A DNA stretch of 60,118 bases from Actinomycetota bacterium (GCA_041180525.1 JBEGRI010000001.1:1-60118); one strand, 5' to 3'; shown: positions 1-10,150, counted from the stretch's first letter. Notes: generated by a model from the letters alone, not told the origin. Program-made: numbers and translations.

Positions 1-999
1 GATTAGCAAAAAAGAGTTTGCCTTGGCTAAACCTGAGTTAAGAATTGTTAATGCTTCGCGAGGTGGAATTATTGATGAAGCAGATTTGTTTGAGGCACTC
101 AGCAATAAAAGAATTGCAGGAGCAGCTTTAGATGTTTATGTTAATGAACCACCTAAAGATTCACCACTACTTAGCTTGGATAACATTGTGCTCACCCCAC
201 ATCTTGGTGCTTCAACAGAAGAAGCTCAGGAGAAAGCGGGTATTTCTGTTGCTAAAAGTGTTCGTCTGGCTTTAGCTGGAGATCTGGTTCCCGATGCTGT
301 AAACGTTGCAGGTGGGGTGGAGATCTGGTTCCCGATGCTGTAAACGTTGCAGGTGGGGTTATTGATAACTCTGTTAAACCCGGTATCGCCTTAATGGAAA
401 ACATGGGTCAGTTGCTTTATGGCATCACTGGTGGAAATGTTTCAGCCATCGAAGTTGAAGTTAGAGGTGAAATAGCTGATAAAGATGTCAGCATCTTGAA
501 ACTTGCCGGGCTGAAAGGTTTTTATCTCAACCAAGTTGAAGAACAAGTTAGTTACGTAAATGCACCGCTACTAGCTTCAGCTAGAGGAGTTGAAGTCAGG
601 CTCAGCACAGATTTACGCAGTGAAGAGTATCGCAACGTGACAACAATCAAAGCTTTGCTAAAAGACGGTGGCAGCGCTTGGGTCTCTGGCACTGTGATAG
701 GCCCGAAGTTGATTCAAAAGTTCACCAATATCAGCGGCTATGACGTGGATCTAAGCCCTGCCGAAAATATGATTTTGACGATTTACGCTGACCGCCCTGG
801 TGTCGTTGCGGTTTACGGGAAAGCTTTTGCCGAAAACAACATCAACATCGCAGCCATGCAAATTGCTCGGGATGCCAAAGGTGGCAAGGCATTATCAGTT
901 ATTACCGTCGATTCAGCTGTTGCACCAGAAGTGCTAGAAAAGCTGGCAACTAACATTCAGGCAGAGATGATGAAAGCTGTGAAACTAAATCTTGCCTAA
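1..999 (+). CDS. serA: D-3-phosphoglycerate dehydrogenase, 5'-truncated by the window and frameshifted by a 41-bp tandem duplication at 278-359
   Basis: ORF 23-343 has IVNASRGGIIDE, AALDV and TPHLGAST motifs; ORF 394-999 has the ASB domain and ACT domain (DRPGVV..NINIAAMQIAR). Removing one repeat copy fuses them in frame (..DAVNVAGGV-IDNSVKPGIALMEN..). Confidence 0.93.
278..359 (+). repeat. Exact 41-bp tandem duplication
   Basis: ggagatctggttcccgatgctgtaaacgttgcaggtggggt occurs at 278-318 and 319-359. Confidence 0.97.
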
Positions 1000-1319
1000 A
1001 GGCTAGGTTCAAAAGAAAGCTCTAAGCCGCTTTCTATCCAAGCCTCGGTTCCCCCAGCAACCGTCACAGCGTCATATCCCTGACTGGTCAGATAATCGGC
1101 AATCGTGTTCGATCTACGGCCAGATTTGCAAATGCAAAAAATCCTTGCACCGTCATCTAGTTTGGCCAGTTGACTTGGCACCTCACTCATCGGGATGTGA
1201 TGTGCTTTGGGGACATGCCCTTCCTCCCATTCATAGTCCTCACGGACATCTAGGACGAAGCCACCCGAATTGATGGTGTTAGCCAGTTCAGCGATTGTTA
1301 CCTCGGTTGCCATGCTCAT
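996..1319 (-). CDS. Single-domain rhodanese (sulfurtransferase)
   Basis: LDVRE..EW..GHVPKA and active-site loop CKSGRRS; GGT..W; GGAGG SD upstream. Confidence 0.9.
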   Translation of the reverse strand: MSMATEVTIAELANTINSGGFVLDVREDYEWEEGHVPKAHHIPMSEVPSQLAKLDDGARIFCICKSGRRSNTIADYLTSQGYDAVTVAGGTEAWIESGLELSFEPSL

Positions 1320-1381
1320 TACCTCCAGTTCTAAGTTTAGGTAATCTTGAAGTGTTAGATCCCTTTAGTAAAGAGGTTGTT

Positions 1382-1744
1382 ATGTCCAAGTTGAAACTAG
1401 CCTTCACAGCAGCTCTTTTAGTTGCCTTAGTTCCTGTTTTAAGCTCTTGCTCACCAGGCAAACTCGACATCAGCAATGTTACGAACATCATTGACATTCG
1501 TTCAGCAGATGACTTTGCTGAATCCCACATCGTAGGAGCAATCAATATTGATGACTCGCAGGGCGATCTTGTTGCCCTTGCTTCACCTCTGATCAAGACC
1601 GGCAAATATTTCCTTTATGGCAATGACGATGCTAGTGTTGCCGATGCCATTTCACGACTTGCACAACGTGGCTATACAGATCTGACTAATCTCGGTGATT
1701 TTGCAAACGCTCAGCGAATACTTCCGCTTGGTGTTTCTAAGTAA
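1382..1744 (+). CDS. Rhodanese-like lipoprotein lacking the catalytic Cys
   Basis: Start re-assigned to ATG 1382 (AAAGAGG upstream); signal peptide with lipobox LSSC; IIDIRS..DF..SHIVGAINI rhodanese motif; FLYGND where xxYC is expected. Confidence 0.72.
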   Translation: MSKLKLAFTAALLVALVPVLSSCSPGKLDISNVTNIIDIRSADDFAESHIVGAINIDDSQGDLVALASPLIKTGKYFLYGNDDASVADAISRLAQRGYTDLTNLGDFANAQRILPLGVSK

Positions 1745-2346
1745 TGTCATCTGAATCCTGGGATAAAAAGTATTCCACTGAAGAGTACATCTACACCAAG
1801 GATGCTAATCGCTTTGTTATTGAGTATGCCGAAAAACTTTCTGGTAAAACTGCTATTGACTTAGCCGGTGGGGAAGGGCGAAATTCCATCTGGCTAGCCA
1901 AAGAAGGTTACACAGTTGAAAACATAGATTTTTCTTCTGTTGCTTTAGCAAAGTTTTTGAAGTTTGCTGAGGAAGAAAATTTAGCAGATAAGTGCATAGC
2001 AACCGAAGCGGATGCAACTAACTTTAGTGCCCAACTCGGTAAGGTCGACTTAGGTGTTATCGCTTATCTACACATCCCACTAGATCAACTTGAAAAGGCA
2101 ATAATTCGTTTAGCGGAACATATTGCTCCTGACGGTCACCTCTTAGGTGTTTGGCATTCGGCTGAAAATGGCGAGGATTTCTCTGGACCGAAAGATCGTC
2201 CAAGCCTTGCCTATATGAATCAAGTTCTAGGCAAAACCAACCTTGAGATAGTGGCTCTAACTAACCGAGAAGGCCAGATTCAGACCAAAGACGGGCTCAA
2301 ACCCTCATGGACTCTTGTTGTGCTGGCTAAAGCTTCAAGCCTTTAG
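1744..2346 (+). CDS. Class I SAM-dependent methyltransferase (TehB/TPMT-like)
   Basis: WDKKY N-terminus; AIDLAGGEGRNSIWLA motif I; IDFS motif; TAATG coupling to the previous gene. Confidence 0.85.
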   Translation: MSSESWDKKYSTEEYIYTKDANRFVIEYAEKLSGKTAIDLAGGEGRNSIWLAKEGYTVENIDFSSVALAKFLKFAEEENLADKCIATEADATNFSAQLGKVDLGVIAYLHIPLDQLEKAIIRLAEHIAPDGHLLGVWHSAENGEDFSGPKDRPSLAYMNQVLGKTNLEIVALTNREGQIQTKDGLKPSWTLVVLAKASSL

Positions 2347-2400
2347 AGCAAGTAAAGTTGTTCTGGGCAACTAACCCCATGAAATCAAAGGCAGTTATTG

Positions 2401-3495
2401 ATGACCAATCCGGTTGAATTCAAGGTCTATCCAACCAATCATCCGACTAGCGATGCTGATCGTAAAGCAATTCTTGAAGCACCTGTTTTTGGAGCGAAAT
2501 TTACCGACCATCAAGTAATCATCGAATATTCAGATGAGTTGGGTTGGCATTCACCGCGAGTTGAGGCTTATGGGCCAATCATGATGGACCCTGCATCGGC
2601 AGTTTTCCATTACGGCCAAGAAGTCTTTGAAGGCATCAAGGCATATCGACATAAAGACAACAGCATTCACACTTTTCGCCCAGAACAGAATGCCAAAAGA
2701 TTACAAAAATCAGCACATCGGTTAGCTTTACCTGAACTACCTACCGAGTTGTTTATCGAAAGCTTAAGACAGATAGTTTTAGCCGATGAAGCTTGGGTGC
2801 CAAGCCCAGAGGGTGAGAAGACTCTTTACCTGCGTCCCTTTGAGATTGCTATGGAATCATTTTTGGGTGTTAGAGCAGCAACCAAAGCTGAGTATCGAGT
2901 TATTGCCAGCCCAGTTGGCTCATATTTCCCTTCTGGACTAAAACCAGTTCAAATTTGGATTTCACTAGATTCAGCTAGAGCAGGAAAATATGGAACCGGT
3001 GAAGCTAAAACTGGTGGTAACTATGCAGCTAGTTTGCTGGCGCAAAATGAAGGTAAAGCTAACGGTTGTTCCCAGGTTCTGTTCCTAGATGCAGAAACTC
3101 ATACCTATTTAGAAGAACTCGGTGGCATGAACATCTTCCTTGTATACAAAGATGGCCATGTGGTCACACCTGAACTTGATGGAACAATACTTCGAGGTAT
3201 CACCAGAGATTCCATCATTCAATTAATCAAAGACCGTGGAATATCCATTGAGGAACGCCAAGTAAGTTTGGCTGAACTTGAGCAAGGTTACACTTCAGGC
3301 GAGATTTCAGAAGTTTTCGCTTGTGGTACGGCTGCAGTAATAACGCCGGTAGGTCAGTTCAAGAGCAAGCATGGTGTTTTTGGACCCGAGAATCCTTCAC
3401 TCGGTGGTTTGAGTATGAGCATTCGAGAAGAACTACTCGGTATCCAATTTGGTGAAATTGAAGATCGCCATAACTGGTTATTGAGACTCAAATAA
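2401..3495 (+). CDS. ilvE: Branched-chain amino acid aminotransferase
   Basis: HYGQEVFEGIKAY, LYLRPF, AKTGGNYA, EELGGMN, ILRGITR, EVFACGTAA motifs. Confidence 0.95.
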   Translation: MTNPVEFKVYPTNHPTSDADRKAILEAPVFGAKFTDHQVIIEYSDELGWHSPRVEAYGPIMMDPASAVFHYGQEVFEGIKAYRHKDNSIHTFRPEQNAKRLQKSAHRLALPELPTELFIESLRQIVLADEAWVPSPEGEKTLYLRPFEIAMESFLGVRAATKAEYRVIASPVGSYFPSGLKPVQIWISLDSARAGKYGTGEAKTGGNYAASLLAQNEGKANGCSQVLFLDAETHTYLEELGGMNIFLVYKDGHVVTPELDGTILRGITRDSIIQLIKDRGISIEERQVSLAELEQGYTSGEISEVFACGTAAVITPVGQFKSKHGVFGPENPSLGGLSMSIREELLGIQFGEIEDRHNWLLRLK

Positions 3496-4253
3496 TGCGT
3501 ATTGCTAAATTCGCCGATGGCGATCGAATAGCCTGGGGTCTAATCGACGGACCAGAGTTGGTTGTTTTTCGAGGGCATCCTATCTTTCAAGGCTATGAAA
3601 CTACTGGGGAAAGAATTCCGCTAAAAGACATCCAGTTGCTACCACCAATTTTGCCAACTTCCAAGATTGTTTGTATTGGAAAGAATTACGCAGATCATGC
3701 AGCGGAGATGGGTGGTGAAACACCTACCGAGCCTTTGATTTTCCTCAAGCCAACAACATCAGTTATCGGCCCTAACGAAAACATAGTTCTTCCTAGCATT
3801 TCGAAGCGAGTAGATCATGAAGGGGAACCGGCTATTGTGATAGGCCAGTTGGCTAAAGATGTTTCAGAAGCATCAGCTCAGGAAGTTATTTGGGGATACA
3901 CCATTGCCAATGACGTTACAGCTAGAGATATCCAAAACAAAGATGGCCAATGGACTAGAGCCAAAAGTTTTGACACGTTCTGCCCGTTGGGACCTTGGGT
4001 TGAAACCGAATTCGTTGTTGAAGAGCAAATCTTGGAAACTAGAGTTGATGGCGAACTTAGGCAGCATGCCTCAGTTGATTTACTAATCCATAAAGTTCCG
4101 AAGATAATTCAGCATGTTTCCCAAGCTATGACGCTTTTGCCTGGTGATGTGATTCTCACTGGAACGCCAGCTGGCATAAGTCAAATTGAATCTGGCCAGG
4201 TAGTTGAAATAAGTATTGAAGGCATCGGAACACTAACTAACCCTGTCGTTTAG
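3495..4253 (+). CDS. Fumarylacetoacetate hydrolase family protein
   Basis: KIVCIGKNYADH, IFLKP, NDVTARD, AKSFDTFCPLGP, GDVILTGTP; usual position upstream of gltX. Confidence 0.92.
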   Translation: MRIAKFADGDRIAWGLIDGPELVVFRGHPIFQGYETTGERIPLKDIQLLPPILPTSKIVCIGKNYADHAAEMGGETPTEPLIFLKPTTSVIGPNENIVLPSISKRVDHEGEPAIVIGQLAKDVSEASAQEVIWGYTIANDVTARDIQNKDGQWTRAKSFDTFCPLGPWVETEFVVEEQILETRVDGELRQHASVDLLIHKVPKIIQHVSQAMTLLPGDVILTGTPAGISQIESGQVVEISIEGIGTLTNPVV

Positions 4254-4265
4254 ACTAAGTAAGTT

Positions 4266-5774
4266 ATGTCAAATTCAATTACCGCACCTTTTACCACGGC
4301 AACCGGAAGTGATATCCGAGTGCGGTTCTGCCCTTCACCAACCGGCACTCCACACGTAGGTTTGATTAGAACGGCTTTGTTCAACTGGGCATACGCCAGA
4401 CACACCGGCGGAACTTTCATTTTCAGAATTGAAGACACCGATGCCGAACGTGATAGCGAAGAATCTTTTGAAATGATTCTCGATGGTTTGGGTTGGTTAG
4501 GTTTGAACTGGGACGAGGGGGTTAATGTTGGCGGACCTAATGAGCCTTACCGACAGTCCGAGCGAACACATATTTATCTAGAGGTTATTGAAAAACTAAA
4601 AGCCTCTGGACACATCTACGAGAGTTATTTGACCGCTGAAGAAATAGATGAACGTAACAAGGCAAATGGACGTGCAGTTCAGCTCGGCTACGATAACTCG
4701 GAGCGAAATCTAACTGAAGAACAGAAGGCTGCCTATAAAGCGCAGGGCAGATCCCCAGCTCTTCGTGTTCGAGTTCCTGATGTTGACATTACTTTTACTG
4801 ACCTAGTTCGAGGTGAGATTACCTTCCCAGCTGGCTCTTTCCCAGACTTCGTTGTGGTGCGGCCCAATGGCCAGCCGTTGTATACCCTGGTTAACCCTGT
4901 CGATGATGCATTGATGGGGGTTACCCATGTCTTGCGTGGTGAAGACCTACTTTCCTCAACACCACGTCAGATTGCCCTTTATAACGCAATGTTTGAAGCA
5001 GGTATCACTAAGTTCATTCCACAGTTTGGACATTTACCTTTCGTAATGGGAGAAGGTAATAAGAAACTCTCTAAACGTGATCCACAATCCAACCTGTTTC
5101 ACCATCGAGACCGTGGTTTTATCCCTGAAGGGCTTTTGAACTACCTGGCCTTGTTGGGTTGGAGTATTAGTGCCGATAGAGATGTTTTTAGCCTGGCTGA
5201 AATGGTTGAAGCCTTTGATGTCAAGAATGTAAACCCTAATCCAGCGCGATTTGACCAGAAGAAAGCTGATGCTATAAACGCATCACACATACGTTTACTT
5301 GATGTCACTGACTTTACAAAGCGCATCATCCCCTATCTTCAAACTGCGGGAGTCTTAGGTAAAGACGTTTCAGATCGGGAGATGGCAATCCTTCAAGAAG
5401 CAGCTCCGCTTATCCAAGAACGAATCGTTGTGTTAAGCGAGGCGGTTGGGATGTTGAGTTTCATGTTTGTCGATGCAGCACAGATCAGTATCGATGATGA
5501 TGCACGTGCAGGTTTACCGGAAGACAGCAAAGAGATTACTTTGGCCGCTATAGAGGTTTTGCATCAACTGGATGAATTCGTTACCGAGAAAATTCAATTA
5601 AGTTTGAACACGAGACTTATTGAGCAGATGGGGCAGAAACCTAGAAATGCTTTTGGTCCGCTTAGAACCGCTATCTCGGGTAAGCGAATTTCACCACCGT
5701 TATTCGAGTCGATGCAAATAATTGGCAAAGAGCAAACCCTAGCCAGACTGAAAGCGTTTGCCGAGAGCCTTTAG
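4266..5774 (+). CDS. gltX: Glutamate--tRNA ligase
   Basis: [15 protein letters not shown] (HIGH), RIEDTD, LRGEDL, KLSKR (KMSKS). Confidence 0.97.
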   Translation: MSNSITAPFTTATGSDIRVRFCPSPTGTPHVGLIRTALFNWAYARHTGGTFIFRIEDTDAERDSEESFEMILDGLGWLGLNWDEGVNVGGPNEPYRQSERTHIYLEVIEKLKASGHIYESYLTAEEIDERNKANGRAVQLGYDNSERNLTEEQKAAYKAQGRSPALRVRVPDVDITFTDLVRGEITFPAGSFPDFVVVRPNGQPLYTLVNPVDDALMGVTHVLRGEDLLSSTPRQIALYNAMFEAGITKFIPQFGHLPFVMGEGNKKLSKRDPQSNLFHHRDRGFIPEGLLNYLALLGWSISADRDVFSLAEMVEAFDVKNVNPNPARFDQKKADAINASHIRLLDVTDFTKRIIPYLQTAGVLGKDVSDREMAILQEAAPLIQERIVVLSEAVGMLSFMFVDAAQISIDDDARAGLPEDSKEITLAAIEVLHQLDEFVTEKIQLSLNTRLIEQMGQKPRNAFGPLRTAISGKRISPPLFESMQIIGKEQTLARLKAFAESL

Positions 5775-5810
5775 CGCGGGTAGAATTGGAAGTCGAGCCG
5801 GAAGGCTCAT

Positions 5811-5882
5811 TGGGATATGGTGTAATTGGCAACACGAGTGATTCTGGTTCATTTGTTCTAGGTTCGAGTCCTGGTATCCCAG
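5811..5882 (+). tRNA. tRNA-Gln(CTG), CCA not encoded
   Basis: Acceptor stem tgggata/tatccca, anticodon CTG at 5844-5846, T-loop GTTCGAG. Confidence 0.95.
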
Positions 5883-5925
5883 CTCTAGTGATCAGACTTA
5901 GTTTTCTGGATGTGGGCTTTAATTT

Positions 5926-6297
5926 ATGCGAAAACTTGAAAGAAATGAAGCTGAAATCTACTTCAGCCTTTTAGAACCTAGTCAAGCCAAGGTGCTTAGG
6001 GAACTAAAGGATCGCATAGTGAAGTTTGCCAAAGCCGAGCCTGAGTTGATTATTAGTTACCAATTACCAACTATCAGGGTTGCTGGAAAGAACTTCTTAG
6101 CCATCGCTGCTTGGAAAGAGCACTACTCGATCTATTTGCTCAGTGGGAGTTTAGGTAAAACAATTCAAAGTCAACTCAAGCAAGGTGAATTGGACAAATC
6201 AACCCTGCGTTTTGATTGGGATGAGAAAGTGACCAATCAAACACTGAAATTGTTGGTCAAAGCTAAATCCGAGGAATTAGCAACTAAAGCTCGATAG
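5926..6297 (+). CDS. DUF1801 (YdhG-like) family protein
   Basis: ISYQLPT..AAWKEHYSIY..KSTLRF pattern typical of DUF1801. Confidence 0.72.
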   Translation: MRKLERNEAEIYFSLLEPSQAKVLRELKDRIVKFAKAEPELIISYQLPTIRVAGKNFLAIAAWKEHYSIYLLSGSLGKTIQSQLKQGELDKSTLRFDWDEKVTNQTLKLLVKAKSEELATKAR

Positions 6298-6919
6298 TCT
6301 CACCAGATAGCAAATAGGTGAATTTACCACCCTTGCTTTCAGTGATTGCCTTTACTCTGGAATTATTTAAGGCATTACCGAATTCACTGAGAAGTGCATT
6401 GTGTGTTGGCATGGATTGATTGTGTTCAACTGCTTGAACGAAATCCATTACTTCTGACATCTTCAACCATGGAGCACTTGTTGGCACGGCGAGCAATTCA
6501 ACTTTGCGATCTGGCTGAGTAAAAGAGTCCCCTGGGTAGTAAAAGCTATCGTTGATTAGAACTCCGCGGTTTTCAATAACCGGAATACTTGGGTGTATTT
6601 GAGCGTGCAGGTCACCAAAGAATTCCATGCTAAAAGGTTCTGCGGTGTAATAATCACCGTGGTAAACCGATGTGGTTGGGTATCCTGCTAGACGTTTACA
6701 AACATCAGCTGGAGCGTAGATTTTGGCTTGTGGTGAACTTTTCAAGATTCGGTCAAGTTGTTCCTCATAGCAGTGATCATCATGAGCGTGAGTGATGACT
6801 ATGGCAACAACGTCGCTTAGATTCTCTTGGGGTTCTGAATAAAAACCTGGGTCTAAGACAAGTTTTTTGCCTTCGAGTTCAAAGATTAGGCAGGCATGAC
6901 CTTGTTTGGTTATTTTCAC
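6284..6919 (-). CDS. MBL-fold metallo-hydrolase
   Basis: GHAC, LDPG, ITHAHDDH, YYPGDS, PTHN motifs. Confidence 0.9.
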   Translation of the reverse strand: MKITKQGHACLIFELEGKKLVLDPGFYSEPQENLSDVVAIVITHAHDDHCYEEQLDRILKSSPQAKIYAPADVCKRLAGYPTTSVYHGDYYTAEPFSMEFFGDLHAQIHPSIPVIENRGVLINDSFYYPGDSFTQPDRKVELLAVPTSAPWLKMSEVMDFVQAVEHNQSMPTHNALLSEFGNALNNSRVKAITESKGGKFTYLLSGETIEL

Positions 6920-6969
6920 AAATCCAACTTTACTTGGTGTGGCAAAATAGAGCTATCAAAGGAGATTAA

Positions 6970-9225
6970 TTGATACCGACTGACCACGATTGCGAACACG
7001 ATTCAAATAAAGATCCAAAATGTATTTGTGATCACAATCCAGGTGGCGAATGCCATTGCCCACCTAATGAGTGTAAATGTGATATGCAGCATCACAAAGA
7101 GGCTAAAACTCAAGAAGGACATCACTGCTGCTCCACTTCAGGGGAACATCAACACCAGTCAAGTCATGAAGATCACTCGATGCATATGGATCACTCAGGT
7201 CATCATGGCCACGAAGGGCATGATCATTCTCACCACGACCCGAATATGTTTAAGAAACAGGTCTTATTTGCAGCACTGCTGAGTATCCCCGCGGTTTACT
7301 TTTCACACACTGTCCAGATGTTGCTTGGCTATCAGGCTTTAGCTTTCCCATTTTCTGAATACATTCCAGCGCTTGCTGGTCTGACCCTGTTTTTCACGGG
7401 TGGCAAGGTTTTTCTAACTACGGGTTGGCAAGAGATTAAGAGTAGACAGCCAGGCATGATGGCCCTTATAGCCCTTGCCTTGGTTGTTGCATTCGGCTAT
7501 TCACTTTTTCTCACCATCAGTTCACTTTTTGGTTTCAAGTTTGGACATATGGACTTCTGGTGGGAGTTGGCAACCCTAATCACCATAATGCTCATCGGCC
7601 ACTGGATCGAGATGTCGGCGGTTATGAGTGCATCTAATGCTCTGGGTGAACTAAAGAGCTTACTGCCAGACACTGCGTTAGTAATCAAAGGGCGAACTCG
7701 CAAGAGCATTCCGGTAAGCGAGATTGAATTAGGCGACCAGATTTTAGTTTCACCTGGCTCGATAATCCCAGTTGATGGTTTGGTTGTATCTGGAACAGCT
7801 AAGGTCAATGAATCTATGTTGACGGGTGAGTCTGCCTTAGTTGATAAAGCCAGTGGGGACCAAGTATTTGCTGGAACAATAAACTCAACTGACAGCGAAG
7901 CAAAGTCAGGTGCCCTTACGCTTCAGGCAACTGCAACTGGTAAGAACACCGCTTTTTCACAAATCATAAAGATGGTTGAGCAAGCCCAGAAATCTAAATC
8001 TAAGTCTCAACGTTTAGCTGATCAGGCTGCTGGTTGGTTGTTCTATGTGGCTCTTGGATCAGCGCTATTGACTACCATTTATTGGTTGGTCACAGGTGGA
8101 CAAACTTTCGATTTCGTTTTAGAGCGTGTAGTTACTGTTTTAGTTATCGCCTGTCCACACGCACTGGGACTAGCTATTCCTTTGGTAACTGCCATCACTA
8201 CCGCAAGAGCTGCATCATCAGGGTTGCTTATTCGCAATCGTCAAATGTTTGAGCAGGCTGCAAAACTTAACGCAGTTTTCTTTGATAAAACTGGCACCCT
8301 AACCGAAGGCCGACGTGGTGTAAGCCAAATCAAAGTTGCTTCAAAGTCAGCAATTAAATCTGAAGCTAAAATTCTGGCATTGGCAGCCAGCATCGAATTT
8401 ATGAGTGAACATACGATTGCTAAAGCAATTGTTACCCAGGCTGAGAAAAACCAACTAAAACTAACTGCCGTGAAAGATTTTGAATCTTTAGCTGGTAAAG
8501 GTGTAAGCGGAAAAGTCGGTAAGTCCAAGGTTATGGTTGGCTCACCTGCACTTTTGGTTGAGCAAAATATTCGCATGGAGGTAGCAGATGTTTTATGGGC
8601 AGATGAGCAAACCGCTGCTGGGAATACAGTCATCTGTGTTGTGGTTGATTCACTGCTGGAAGGGCTTATCAGTGTTGGCGATGTGATTCGACCATCATCA
8701 GTTGAAGCTGTATTTAGGCTTCAATCTGAACGAATTCGAGTTGGAATAATCAGCGGTGATGCCAAGGGGGTAGTCGATCACGTAGCTCATCAACTGAACG
8801 TAACTGAGGTGTTTGCTGAGACTCTGCCTTGGCGAAAGGCAACACTTTTGAAAGAGCTTCAGGAAGATGGCGCAAAAATTGGCTTCGTTGGCGATGGTAT
8901 CAATGATGCTCCAGCTTTGGCTCAAGCGGATGTTAGTTTCGCTGTTGGGGCAGGGACAAACGTTGCAATTGAGTCTGCAGGCATCGTCTTGATAAGTGAT
9001 GATCCTCAGGCTGTTGCCAGAGCGGTAAAACTCAGCAAACGAGTTAGGGCAAAGTCTTTACAAAATCTTTGGTGGGCGGCAGGTTATAACATTCTGGCCA
9101 TACCTCTCGCTGCAGGTGTGTTTATGCCAGTAGGTTTAGTTCTAACTCCAGCGGTTGGAGCTGTGTTGATGTCACTATCAACTTTGATAGTTGCTATCAA
9201 TGCTCAAACGCTCAGAAAGAAGTGA
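6970..9225 (+). CDS. copB: P1B-3 (CopB-type) copper-translocating P-type ATPase with a Cys/His-rich N-terminus
   Basis: TGES, CPH intramembrane motif, DKTGT, GDGIND, YN and MSLS motifs; AAGGAG SD before TTG 6970. Confidence 0.88.
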   Translation: MIPTDHDCEHDSNKDPKCICDHNPGGECHCPPNECKCDMQHHKEAKTQEGHHCCSTSGEHQHQSSHEDHSMHMDHSGHHGHEGHDHSHHDPNMFKKQVLFAALLSIPAVYFSHTVQMLLGYQALAFPFSEYIPALAGLTLFFTGGKVFLTTGWQEIKSRQPGMMALIALALVVAFGYSLFLTISSLFGFKFGHMDFWWELATLITIMLIGHWIEMSAVMSASNALGELKSLLPDTALVIKGRTRKSIPVSEIELGDQILVSPGSIIPVDGLVVSGTAKVNESMLTGESALVDKASGDQVFAGTINSTDSEAKSGALTLQATATGKNTAFSQIIKMVEQAQKSKSKSQRLADQAAGWLFYVALGSALLTTIYWLVTGGQTFDFVLERVVTVLVIACPHALGLAIPLVTAITTARAASSGLLIRNRQMFEQAAKLNAVFFDKTGTLTEGRRGVSQIKVASKSAIKSEAKILALAASIEFMSEHTIAKAIVTQAEKNQLKLTAVKDFESLAGKGVSGKVGKSKVMVGSPALLVEQNIRMEVADVLWADEQTAAGNTVICVVVDSLLEGLISVGDVIRPSSVEAVFRLQSERIRVGIISGDAKGVVDHVAHQLNVTEVFAETLPWRKATLLKELQEDGAKIGFVGDGINDAPALAQADVSFAVGAGTNVAIESAGIVLISDDPQAVARAVKLSKRVRAKSLQNLWWAAGYNILAIPLAAGVFMPVGLVLTPAVGAVLMSLSTLIVAINAQTLRKK

Positions 9226-10115
9226 TGGTCCCTTTAGGGATAGTAATTAATCCGACCTCTGGTCGAGGTCGCGGCAAAAGAGATGGTGAATTAGCCAAGC
9301 AGGAGTTTGCCAGGCTGGGAATAGATATTTTGGATCTATCCGGAGTTGATTTTTTATCAGCTTGTGAGAATGCAAAGCAAGCCATTAATGCCAACTTGAT
9401 CTCTGGTTTAGTTGTCGTCGGTGGAGATGGAATGTTTCATCTTGGAGTGAACGCAACCGTTAATACTGCTATTCCGCTTGGGTTGATTGCAGCTGGAACA
9501 GGTAATGATTCGGCGAGGGCTTTGAAGCTTCCGATCCATGACGTAGTTGCAGGAGTAAAGCGGATAAGTGAAACTCTGACCAAAACAAGAAAAGTTGACC
9601 TGATTGAAACTAGGTCAGATAGCAAACTGTTTTACTCTTTTGGCGCTGTGAGCGCTGGTTTTGATGCTCTGGTAAATAAACGAGCTAATAGTTGGAATTG
9701 GATTACTGGGCCAGTGAAGTATCGGTTTGCAATGTATCGAGAGTTGTTCTCATTTAAACCAATACCTTATCGAGCAGTAATAGATGGCGTTGAACGAGTT
9801 TTTGAAGCTAATTTGTGTACTGTGGCTAACTCACCTAGCTATGGTGGTGGACTATACATAACACCTGAAGCTTCTGTCGACGATGGGGAAGTGGATCTAT
9901 TTATTCTCAACTCGATTAGTCGAATGGAACTGATCAAGCTTTTCCCAACAGTTTATGAAGGCAAACATGTCACTCATCCCGCAGTTGAGATTATTAGAGC
10001 TAAAGAGGTCACCCTTGACTCACCTGATATGCCCGCATACTCCGATGGCGAGCATGTTGGTCAATCGCCGGTCAATTGCAGGGTTGTTCCATTAGCTCTA
10101 GACGTATACGCCTGA
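9222..10115 (+). CDS. Diacylglycerol/lipid kinase (YegS/DAGK family)
   Basis: NPTSG, GGDG, GTGND, GFDA, YGGG, DGE motifs. Confidence 0.92.
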   Translation: MMVPLGIVINPTSGRGRGKRDGELAKQEFARLGIDILDLSGVDFLSACENAKQAINANLISGLVVVGGDGMFHLGVNATVNTAIPLGLIAAGTGNDSARALKLPIHDVVAGVKRISETLTKTRKVDLIETRSDSKLFYSFGAVSAGFDALVNKRANSWNWITGPVKYRFAMYRELFSFKPIPYRAVIDGVERVFEANLCTVANSPSYGGGLYITPEASVDDGEVDLFILNSISRMELIKLFPTVYEGKHVTHPAVEIIRAKEVTLDSPDMPAYSDGEHVGQSPVNCRVVPLALDVYA

Positions 10116-10141
10116 CCCCTCTTCTTTTCCTGTGCTTGAAC

Positions 10142-10150
10142 TGGCATAAT
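10142..10150 (+). promoter_or_regulatory. Putative extended -10 promoter for tRNA-Glu
   Basis: TGgCATAAT ending 16 nt before the tRNA. Confidence 0.5.

Noticed and set aside
278-359. CRISPR array or att site
   Set aside because: Only two abutting copies with no spacer, made of serA coding sequence; no cas or integrase genes.
3820-3835. FAH motif reads EGEPA rather than the usual EGELA; similarly the CopB HP motif reads HT
   Set aside because: Single substitutions that cannot be told apart from drift or base-call error without reads.
5795-5808. gagcc-GGAA-ggctc hairpin just upstream of tRNA-Gln
   Set aside because: Short leader hairpins before tRNAs are common; too small to support a separate RNA element.
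5786-5974. 62-aa ORF over tRNA-Gln
   Set aside because: It reads through the tRNA gene and has no protein features.
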